Shown here one piece after another: positions 1-27,324 of a stretch of DNA of 64,000 bases (its first letter is position 1; each line of letters starts with the position of its first letter). The notes beneath the pieces were generated by a model, which was not told where the DNA came from, did not search any database, and was given only the letters and a program-made list of their open reading frames with translations. Origin of the DNA: Chrysomallon squamiferum (taxonomy: Eukaryota; Animalia; Mollusca); assembly GCA_012295275.1 (NCBI GenBank), contig CM022674.1, forward strand, positions 12,090,001-12,154,000. Reading direction: 5' to 3'. Made by a program: the position numbers and the translations under genes.

Positions 1-471
1 TCACATATACATGCACACACAAACACATACACACAAATACATAAAGAGATACAGACATATATACTGACATACACAAACATACACATAGACATATATACAA
101 TCACAAATACACATAAAAACACACACGTACACACACAAACACAAAAACATACACAGATACGCAGATATACACACACATAACCAAACACATTCACATGCGC
201 AGGAACAAACACATATATATTTATACATATATACTAACGTACACATACGTACGCACGAATTTACATATATACCCATACAAGGTTGTCTTCATGACCAAGC
301 GGCATGGTCGTCCGCATTCGGACTTCGGGCGGGTGGTGTCATACATTCACGTCTTGTCAGAGCTATCTAACGGGGTTTGTGAGGTCGTGACTGGAATTTG
401 TCCTCCTGAGCCAGTGAGTTCCCGAATAACAGACAATATTCATACCTACTTACGCATAGATAGATAGATAG

Positions 472-567
<96 letters not shown>

Positions 568-1421
568 AGGCTCAAAAGAAGTTAAGGGACAACAATATTT
601 GTGCAAATAATTATAAGCTAATATACAAAAATTTTAACACGATTAATGACAGATTATTTATTTGATGTCTGAAGAACAGAAAACTGAAAACAAAAAAACT
701 TGAGAAAGTCGTGTACCCCCAAAAATGATGTTCACACATGTAGTAGAAGCAGATAATTCCTAACTGTCTGGTCAGACACAACGAGGCAGCTCTGAGTTCA
801 TCACGAAAATGCGTGAAGTCACAAAACGCTGTTGCAATGCCGTTATCATAAGGAAATGGTCTTCTCGTGCTATTCTGAATTTAATTAGTCGTCCTGAATC
901 TCTTACAGATATCACTTAGTCTGACATTTAGATGGTAAAACATAGATATCTGCAGTGTGTCCATCTTGTAGCCAGTCAATGCTCCTTCTCCTGCGTTGTA
1001 AATTGGATTGTCGTCGAACCATCTTCAAATTTAAAGTGACGATGAAAGGAAAATGCCCATCTCTTTTATCGCTAAAATTGGCATGCATTAAGTTACACTC
1101 ATGCTAAGGAAGTGCAAATAGTGCAAGAGGTGTCACAATGGCTGTATTGGGGCAGGTTCTCAGTAAAATTTGGCTGTTTTTCCTTCAAATCCATGATACG
1201 AAAATATGGGTTAACTTAAAAAGTTTCTAAAGTTAAGCATGCACAACACAAAGGATAGTATGCTAACACTATCTGACCTCAAACACCCCCAAAAAAATAA
1301 ACATCCTTCCTTTAATAATAATAAACTTTCTTCTGACCCTGAACTTCTTTGGAGTAGTATGTATACATACCTACACACATACGTACACACGTACAAAAAA
1401 CACAGACATAAACCTACTCAC

Positions 1422-1619
1422 GTGCATGATGATAACTTAAATTTATAAAAAGTTTCTCCTTTGGAAGATATCCCGCTGTTCCATTAGAGACTAAATAGTG
1501 AACTGATTCAAAAGTAAACTGGTCCCGAACAAGACATTTGTTCAGTCTCGCTTTAAAAGATATGTAACATTCTTCTCTGGATAAAGCCGAGACCTCTACT
1601 ATAGATAAAGGCACCGTAA
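1422..1619 (-). pseudogene. G1: disrupted paralogue, exon 2 (signal peptide end plus first half of domain A)
   Basis: AG/GTGAGT-bounded exon homologous to the six other exon-2 copies but 198 nt instead of 199. A 1-nt deletion near 1461 (ctcct-ttggaag vs ctccttctggaag) shifts ...LPEGETF..KLSSCT into LPKEKLFINLSYHHARE. Coding exon 1 is absent: at about 1715 intron 1 joins directly to promoter-like sequence. Remaining exons would lie left of position 1. Confidence 0.75.
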
Positions 1620-2078
1620 CTGTGAAGAAAGAAACAAAAACAAATCTACAAAATACGTCATTAGTTGTTTCCAAAAGCCGTGACGTAAATCGTGCGTAAT
1701 ATGCTAAAAACATCATGTTTACGCTTTAGTATATACAATAAAATTCTGAATTTGTATGTCATATCAAATTAATAAATAATAATAGAAACATACGAACATT
1801 TTAAAAAATTAAAAAAGAAAGATAATTCTTACTGGACAGTGGATAATAATAAATCATTTAAATTCTAGTTATTTTCTGTTTATACGTGTGTTAGTTATTT
1901 ATAAAATTTTAATTCATTTACGACTTCGTTTTAACAATCTCTAACGTACTTTCACTTTAATGGTTAAAAACTATTTTTATAATTTTCTAAATAATAAAAA
2001 TATTAATATTGTCATTTACTGTTATCTTACAGGAAAAAATAAATAGATAAATAGATAAGTACTACATTGGTGTATTAT

Positions 2079-2323
2079 TTATAAGACTGCTACTAATATC
2101 ACCAGACAAATAACAACAAATATGACTAGAAATACTGTTGTTAATATTAACTTCGTGCCAGTGTAACACATTTCTATTCTGTTAGTGTTATTTCCATTAT
2201 AAACTCGTCGAATGCCTTTTCCACAAGTTGCACTACACATTGAACCGTTCTTCGTTTTTACTACTGTTGGTCTCTGTTTTGCTTCTTCTCCTGGCCTCTT
2301 TATATCTGTGCCATTTGGTCTCA
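2079..2323 (-). pseudogene. Orphan mini-TSP exon with deleted donor, reading into a hydrophobic stretch
   Basis: Acceptor cactcag at 2324-2325; RPNGTDIKRPGEEAKQRPTVVKTKNGSMCSATCGKGIRRVYNGNNTNRIEMCYTGTK, then the last Cys and donor are deleted and the frame continues LILTTVFLVIFVVICLVILVAVL*. A remnant of the exon-6 donor is at about 2470. Confidence 0.6.
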
Positions 2324-3194
2324 CTGAGTGAAGGATAAACAGATAATCGTACAGACAGACGGAGAAACCCACAGACAAACGGGGAGAGAAAGAAAGAGAC
2401 AGAAAGAAATAGAGAAGGAACGAAGACAGAGAGAGAGATAGAGAGTAACCATTGACTTCAGTTTGTTCACTTACAAAAATTAAAATATGGAAAAGAAAAT
2501 GAGTTAGAAAATAATTGTGATTTTGGCAATTTCTTAGATGTTTCCATGTACAAATTATGCTCTTTTATTTGATACTTAACTGAATTAAAAAATAATTAAA
2601 ATTAGAGTTAGAGCCATCTCTAGAAATCATAGTTCATAACAACAGAGTTTCTATCAAATCTGACATAGGAATGGAGAGCCGTAAAATCTAAAACTTGTGT
2701 ATGTGTATATGTATATGTGTATATATATCTGGCAATTTTTAGATACTTACATTTCTCAGATCTACAAATTCTGCTCTTTAACTTGATATTTAATTGAACC
2801 TTTCTTTTTCGACGAAATGTGCAACGAACGAACTTTCGTAGGCTAGGTTAGAGCTAGAGCCATTTCTAGGAGTGAAAGTTCAGGGCTACGGTATCTTTAT
2901 CAAATTTCACTTACGAATGTATTCAGCATGGAGAGTATGAGAGAATTGAAAAAAAAAAAAAAAACCTATTGCATAAATGTTTATGTGATATGTATAATTC
3001 TGTATATCAATGCTGGTGTGCGATATTAATGAATGTGTATGTGTGTAAGTATGTATGCACACACACACACACACACAGATATAGATATATATATATGTAT
3101 ATATGTATGTATATATGTATTTGTGTGGGTGGGTGAGTGTATATGCGTATGTGTATGAAGGGTGTAAATATATATATATAGAGAGGAGAGATAG

Positions 3195-3296
<102 letters not shown>

Positions 3297-3473
3297 GGCA
3301 TCTTTGTATTTAATCATGTATAACTATTTCACTTTGGATGATGCTGTTATTATAAACGTAATAACACTCATTCTCTAAGTTAAAGCATAGTTCAGTAAGA
3401 ACAAATGTTAATTTGGAATATTAACTACTTATTGAGAAACACTGGTAATTGTATTATGATGATGGTTATTATG

Positions 3474-3551
<78 letters not shown>

Positions 3552-4212
3552 TGAAAGAAAGTATTTTTTTAAAAGACACAAGTATTATAGCAAAGTCCAA
3601 AGATAATTTTATTAAATAAATCGTTTGGGTAATATTCATGACCAGTGTAAGATATTGTAATTCATAATTGTCATTATCATTATCATTGTTATCATTATAA
3701 TCATTAACATCTTCGACATTTTCAACATAATAATCATCAGCATCATCGTCATTCATTGTAACTATTACTGTCGTCATCATCAGCATTATTAATTGTGTAT
3801 ATGTGTGTTCCATTTAAGTGACTTAAAAAATAACATAATTAATTAAATAACTCCTGAACAAAAAGTAAAGCAACACTCTTTTAATATTTAACATTTATTT
3901 ATTAACTGAAAATTAACAATGAATTTTTATTTCAAAATATTAATTACATTTAATAAGGTATTGATATTTTCTGCAGAAACATTCACGCAAATAATGTTTT
4001 CAGATAGACAAGAATTCGTCACGATTTCCCCCAGACTCCGATTCCAGATTCATCATGGGATAGACTGGTCGATTGTCAACAAAACCCTTTGAGATGAAAA
4101 GTCTACTAGTTGTAACAAAGCTGTAACATGAGTCAAGTTATATAGTCTCAGATATCTGACGTGAATCAGTTAGTTTGAGAACATGGTACAAATGAGTAGA
4201 ATAGTAAACATC

Positions 4213-4248
<36 letters not shown>

Positions 4249-4551
4249 TTTTGGAAGGAGATTTGTTCATTCAGGAAGACGAATCATTCTTTGGCTGAAA
4301 GTAGACCATTGTAACAAGATGCATATTGATTTTACCAATACTACTACTACTATTATCACTATTATTACTACTACTATCGCTACCACTATTACTGCTGTTG
4401 CTACTAATTCTATGACTTTATTTACTACAACTGTTATCACTAATACTGCTATTACTATTACTATTAAAACTATAACTACTACTATTACTGCTATGTCATT
4501 TGTCCACGAATAATCATCATCATAATAATAGCAATAACAATAACAATAACA

Positions 4552-4597
<46 letters not shown>

Positions 4598-4761
4598 CCT
4601 CGATGAATACAGTAACAACAACAATGATACTGATAATGATATTAACATGACGAATAAGACAATATTATTAAAATAATGATATTTCATCTTGTTGTTATTG
4701 TCGTTGTTGTTTTTGTAGTTTTTTTATTCTTATTCTTATCGTTATCGTTGTGTTGTTATTG

Positions 4762-4813
<52 letters not shown>

Positions 4814-4854
4814 TACTTTGTCGAGGTTTTGTCCTTCTCCGCTTCATTTAATGT

Positions 4855-10228
<5,374 letters not shown>

Positions 10229-10247
10229 TTCTGCTACCGCATCTCTC

Positions 10248-10333
10248 ATGACGTCATCAGTTTTTCGTGCAAACATCTCGATCAATTTCGGAACGCTTCG
10301 TTCTAATGACATCATTATGCCTTAGTATATATA
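10248..10333 (-). promoter_or_regulatory. G2 putative core promoter/5' UTR: TATATATA, Inr-like TCATT, palindrome ATGACGTCAT
   Basis: TATATATA at 10326-10333, CRE-like palindrome at 10248-10257, ATG at 10228; same layout in G3-G6. Confidence 0.5.
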
Positions 10334-10969
10334 ACAAAAGTTTTAAACTGGGACGTCACTTAAAAGAAAATAAATAAATAATGCTTGAAATCATTATCTT
10401 TGAGATAATATTAACGACCAGTGTAAGATTTTGCAATTCATAATTCTCATCATCGTTATAATCATTAACATCTTCGATACTGTTAACATCATCATCATAG
10501 TCATCATCGTCCATCATTGTAACTATTACTGTCGTCATCATCAGTATTATTAATTGTGTATATGTGTGTTCCATTTAAGTGACTTAAAAAATAACATAAT
10601 TAATTAAATAACTCCTGAACAAAAAGTAAAGCAACACTCTTTTAATATTTAACATTTATTTATTAACTGAAAATTAACAATGAATTTTTACCTCAAAATA
10701 TTAATTACATTTAATAAGGTATTGATATTTTCTGCAGAAACATTCACGCAAATAATGTTTTCATATAGACAAGAATTCGTCACGATTTCCCCCAGACTCC
10801 GATTCCAGATTCATCATGGCATAGACTGGTCGATTGTCAACAAAACCCTTTGAGATGAAAAGTCTACTAGTTGTAACAAAGCTGTAACATGAGTCAAGTT
10901 ATATAGTCTCAAATATCTGACGTGAATCAGTTAGTTTACATGGTACAAATGAGTAGAATAGTAAACATC

Positions 10970-11017
<48 letters not shown>

Positions 11018-11421
11018 TTTTGAAAGGAGATTTGTTCATTCAGGAAGACGAATGATTCTTTGGCTGAAAGTAGAACATTGTAACAAGATGCATTTTGATT
11101 TTACCAACACTACTACTACTATTATCACTATTATTACTACAACTACTACTAGTACTATTACTCTTACTACCGATACTACTATTACTCCTGCTGCTGCTAC
11201 TACAACTATCACTTTATTTACTACAATATTATCACTAAAACTGCTATTAATAATACTATTTTAACTATTATCACAAATATTGCTATTGCTATTACTATTA
11301 CTATTATAACTATTATCACTAATACTGCTATTACTATTACCATTATAACTACCACTATCACTGCTTTGGTCATTTATCCACGAATAATTATCATCGTTAT
11401 CATAGCAATAACAATAACAAT

Positions 11422-11480
<59 letters not shown>

Positions 11481-11876
11481 ATGACGTCGATGAATACGGT
11501 AACAACAACAATGAACTGATAATGATATTAAGATGAAGAATAAGACAATATTATTAAAATAATGATATTTCATCTTTTGATTATTTGTAAAATTTAAATT
11601 TCCCATAATAGGATGACTGCCTGATTTTTTATTTACTTTTTTATTTTTATTTTTTTGATAAAGGTGATCTAACTAAAACAATTCTGTTTGTATAATGATG
11701 AAGTCACTAAACAATATAATAATTTCAGAGAGAATTCAGCGACTAACTAGAAATACATTTATACAAGATACAAACACTCATCCATCCATCCATATATGTG
11801 CACGTCTGTGTCTGCATGTATATGTGTACTAGATATTCCAAATTTCGTATGAAATTCAGGTATTTGTATATATCTA

Positions 11877-21673
<9,797 letters not shown>

Positions 21674-21692
21674 GGTCTACATCCGGCTCTGC

Positions 21693-21776
21693 ATGACGTC
21701 ATCAGTTTCTCATACAAAAATTTCGATCAAGTTAGGAACAGTTGGTTCGAATTACATGTTTACGCTTTAGTATATA
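21693..21776 (-). promoter_or_regulatory. G3 putative core promoter/5' UTR
   Basis: ATGACGTCAT at 21693-21702; TATATA at 21771-21776; ATG at 21673. Confidence 0.45.
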
Positions 21777-23104
21777 CAATAAAATTCTGAATTTGTATGT
21801 CATATCAAATTAATAAATAATAATAGAAACATACGAACATTTTAAAAAATTAAAAAAGAAAGATAATTCTTACTGGACAGTGGATAATAATAAATCATTT
21901 AAATTCTAGTTATTTTCTGTTTATACGTGTGTTAGTTATTTATAAAATTTTAATTCATTTACGACTTCGTTTTAACAATCTCTAACGTACTTTCACTTTA
22001 ATGGTTAAAAACTATTTTTATAATTTTCTAAATAATAAAAATATTAATATTGTCATTTACTGTTATCTTACAGGAAAAATTAAACAGATAAATAAATAAG
22101 TATATATATATATATACATACACACAATAACGTTGCTTGCAGCCTATTTCTAGAGTGGCAAATGTTTTCGCATAAAGGGATTCTATAAATATTAATAATG
22201 TATTACTGAAATTACTGGGGTAATATTCACGACCCGTGTAAGATTTTGTATTTCATAATTCTTATTATCATTATCATTGTAATCATCTTTGATACTGTAA
22301 TATCATCATCACAGTCCATCATTATTACTATCGTCATTATCAGTATTATTAATCGTGTTTATGTGTTATTGCATTTATGTGACTTAAAATAACATAAAAT
22401 AATGAAATAAAAACAGAAAAAAAAGCAACACGGTTTTAATAATTAACATTTGTTTATTAACTGAAAATTAACAATGAATTTTTTATTCAAAATATTAATT
22501 ACATTTAATAACGTAATGAAATTTTCTGCTAGAATGATTCACGCAAATAATGTTTCCAGACAGACGAAAATCCGTCACGATTTCCCTGAGAGTCTGATAC
22601 GAGATTCATCATGGCATAGACTAATTGTTTGTCAACAAAAATGTTTGTGCTGAACAGTCTACTGGTTGAAACAAAGCTATAATATGAGTAAAATTAAATA
22701 CTCTCAGATATTTGATGGTATAAATGAGTAGACTAGAATAGTAAACATCATGTACCAGAGGAGAAACGTGTTCATGTGAAAGACCCATGATCTGTTTGTC
22801 TACCTGAATCATTGTTCTTGTTTCACTTCAGAATAACTTAGTCGCCGAAATATTTTTGGTCACTGTCAAAAAATATAGAAATGTTTCTACTTATAACATC
22901 TTTCCACTACGTTCTGTGATTTGAGGATATATATATATGTACATATATCTGTGTTTGTAAATATGTTTTTATTTTCGGTTTCACTTTGTTTTCTCTTGCA
23001 TTTCGTTTTTCTTTAAGTCATTATTGCTTTATGAATTATTTATTTTTGTTGTTTCCTTTAGCTCATTTCGATTTATTATTTTTATTTTTTATTTTATTAT
23101 TATT

Positions 23105-23152
<48 letters not shown>

Positions 23153-23466
23153 GCATAAATATTTATTCATTTATTTTGGTTGGAAATATCTCATTCATTA
23201 AGACGAATCATTGTCAACCTTTTCATTCATTTTATCTTTTTCTTTTCTTCAGGTATTCAGAAATGTCTCATAGAATTCTTCCATAATTCTTGAGCTTATT
23301 GATCTTAGCAACAATACTACTGCTGTTATCACTATTATTTCTACAACTACTACTTCTATTACTATTACTACCGCTACTACTGTTACTGGTGCTGTTACTA
23401 ATACTATGGCTTCATAAACTACTACAGCTATTATCACTATTACTGCTAAGGTCACTTGTCCACGAA

Positions 23467-23513
<47 letters not shown>

Positions 23514-23720
23514 GCAGTAATAATAATAGCAGTAATAATAATAATAATAATATTAATAATAATAATGACATTGAAGAATACAGTAACAACAACAATGATA
23601 GTGATGATTCTATCATGAAAAATAAGATAATATTATTAAAAATAATAATGTTTCATGTTTGCCTTTTTGTAAAGTTTAATTATCCGCAACAGGTCGCCTA
23701 CTGACGTCACTAAGACAATT

Positions 23721-24652
23721 CAGTTCGTACAATGATAACCTCACTCAAGCAGTTCAGTTCGTACAATGATAACCTCACTCAAGCAGTTCAGTTCGTACAA
23801 TGATAACCTCACTCAAGCAGTTCAGTTCGTACAATGATAACCTCACTCAAGCAGTTCAGTTCGTACAATGATAACCTCACTCAAGCAGTTCGGTTCGTAC
23901 AATGATAACCTCACTCAAGCAGTTCGGTTCGTACAATGATAACCTCACTCAAGCAGTTCGGTTCGTACAATGACAACCTCACTCAAGCAGTTCAGTTCGT
24001 ACAATGATAACCTCACTCAAGCAGTTCAGTTCGTACAATGATAACCTCACTCAAGCAGTTCAGTTCGTACAATGATAACCTCACTCAAGCAGTTCAGTTC
24101 GTACAATGATAACCTCACTCAAGCAGTTCAGTTCGTACAATGATAACCTCACTCTACCAGTTCAAGTTCTTACAATGATAACCTCACTCTAGCAGTTCAA
24201 TTCTTACAATGATAACCTCACTCTACCAGTTCAGTTCGTACAGTGATAACCTCACTCAAGCAGTTCAATTCGTACAATGATAACCTCACTCAAGCAGTTC
24301 AATTCGTACAATGATAACCTCACTACAGCAGTTCAATTCGTACAATGATAACCTCACTCAAGCAGTTCAATTCGTACAATGATAACCTCACTCAAGCAGT
24401 TCAATTCGTACAATGATAACCTCACTACAGCAGTTCAATTCGTACAATGATAACCTCACTACAGCAGTTCAATTCGTACAATGATAACCTCACTCAAGCT
24501 GTTCAATTCGTACAATGATAACCTCACTACAGCAGTTCAATTCTCAATGATAACCTCACTCTAGCAGTTCGGTTCGTACAATGACAACCTCACTCAAGCA
24601 GTTCAATTCTTACAATGATAACCTCACTCAAGCAGTTCGGTTCGTACAATGA
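23721..24652. repeat. 34-bp minisatellite, about 27 copies
   Basis: Unit CAGTTCGTACAATGATAACCTCACTCAAGCAGTT repeated head-to-tail with point variants and no spacers. Confidence 0.95.
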
Positions 24653-24739
24653 CGTACTAAAGGTTTGTAATAAAGCTGATGTAACTAAAACAATTCAGTT
24701 TGTCTAATGATGATTTGACTAAAACATATTAGTTATTAC

Positions 24740-24799
<60 letters not shown>

Positions 24800-24800
<1 letters not shown>

Positions 24801-25532
24801 TTCTCATTTTCTGTGAATACGTATGAGTTTCTCTACAAAAATAAAAATATCACAATGTCAGAGATAATTCAGATTATCAGCGACTAACTATAAATAAATG
24901 TATATACAGATACAAACACGAACGCAAATTCACTCATCCATATATGTGCATGTCTGTCTCTGCATGTATATATGTACTGTATATTCACACATTTCGTATG
25001 ACATTCTGTTATTTGTATATATCAATTTTTGACCTTTTTCTTTGTTCTGTTTATTTCTGTTTTTTCGTTCAGTGGTTTCTGACATTACACTGTAAAAAGA
25101 ATGAAGTAGAGATTTTCACAAATAATAATAATAATAAAATAAGTAAACCTAACTATATTCTCGAAATTGTAAATAAAGTTATGACTTTTCTCTAAAATAT
25201 TATAAATGGTACAAAAATAGAACAAAACTGTAATGAAGAATATGGACTGAATAGAAATATGCAAATATATTTAAAAACAAACATTATTATTATTATTGTT
25301 TTTGTTCTTATAATATAAAGTGAAAATTACGTTATTTCCTTTTGTTGCGATATATATTTATGTGTACTTCTGAAAATGTTATCACAAATATTTTAATAAA
25401 ACGCTTTAAATAAAATTGTAAGAAACAAACTGATCAAGTTTTAATTTAACTCTCTCATGAAGTATGTGGTTTGAAAATAAATATGAATATATGCATAAAT
25501 TAATTATATTTCTACTATTCTTTCTTTTTCTT

Positions 25533-25598
<66 letters not shown>

Positions 25599-26704
25599 GT
25601 TATTGTTATTATTATTATTAGTAGTAGTAGTAGTAGTAGTAGTATTGCTACTATTACTACTACTACTACTACCATTATTATGTAAAGTGAAAATCCAAAA
25701 ATATTTTTAATGTTTTAATAACTTTCCTTCTGACTGCTCCCGTATATATATTTATATGCACTTCTGACAATACTGTCACATATGTTAGTATCTATTTTAT
25801 TTTTTTTCTCTACTTTTTAAATTTATTTATTTACTTATTTAGTTATTCTTTTCTCTTGTAAAGTATATGGACTGAATATAAATACGCATATATATATATA
25901 CATTAATTTTATTTTCACTTCTTCTTTTCTTCTTTTTCGTCTTCTTCTCTTATTAGTATTACTACTACTACTATTAAATCCAAAAATATTTCTGAAGTTT
26001 TATAAACCTTCTTTCTGGCTGTCCTGATATATGTTTATGTGTACTTCTGAAAATATTTTTACATGATATTAGTAATTTGTTTTAAGATTAATTATAATAT
26101 TCTTAATACAATATTTTAACAAAATTTGTATCAAAGCAGCGGAAAACAAGGTAATGAAAACATTAGAAATACTTTCGGATTTTAAAGTTATATAATAATA
26201 ATGATGATGATGATGTCGACTATGATGATGATGAATAAGATGAAGACGAAGAAGAAAAGAAGAATAGTGAAAATAAAATGATTGTATGTATACACGCATA
26301 TTTATATTCAGTCCACATACTTCACGATGGAGTTAAAAATACAAATATAAAATAAAAATATATAAATACCAATAATAAATCAAAATAAATCAAAATAATA
26401 AATAAATAAATAAATAAATAAATGAAACAATGAAAAGCTTTTCCTTAAAGTGTATATATTAATTTTACACAATACGAACACTACATGATAAATGAAAATA
26501 AAACATATTTCTGCAGTTTTAATTACCTTCTTTCCGGCTGTCCGGGTAAATGTTTGTGTGTACTTCTGAAAGTATTAATCACATAATATTAGTGTTTTTA
26601 AGAATAATCATCATATTTTTTAATATAAATATTTTAACAAAAGGCGTTTCACAAAATTACATATAGCAAATTATACAATTATTCATTATTTATTTATTTA
26701 TTTT

Positions 26705-26786
<82 letters not shown>

Positions 26787-27278
26787 TTATTATTATTTTT
26801 TTTTTTTTTATTATTCTATTATTTTTGATATTATTATTATTGTTATTTATTATTTTTTTATTATTATTATTATTTTTTTATGTTTTATGTTTTATTTTTT
26901 TACTCTTTCATGAAGTATGTGGACAGTACGTAAATACGCATATATTTGATGAAGAGAAAAATCAAAAATTGTTTCTGCAGTGTTAATTGCCTTCTTTCCT
27001 GCGATCCTGGTAAATGTTTGTGTGTACTTCTGAAAGTATTAATCACATAATATTAGTGTTTTTAAGATTAATTATCATATTTTTCAATACAAATATTTTA
27101 TCCAAAGGTTTTTCATATATTTACTTAAAGCAAGCTATACAACTTTTCATTATTCTAATTATTTAATATTTTAGATATATATATTCTGGACTTTCTCATA
27201 AACAAAATACATTAATTTTATTTTTACTATTATTATTATTATTATTATTACTACTACTACTACTGCTACTACTACTAT

Positions 27279-27324
<46 letters not shown>

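Noticed and set aside
23721-24652. CRISPR array
   Set aside because: The 34-bp units abut directly with no unique spacers, there are no cas genes, and the context is eukaryotic.
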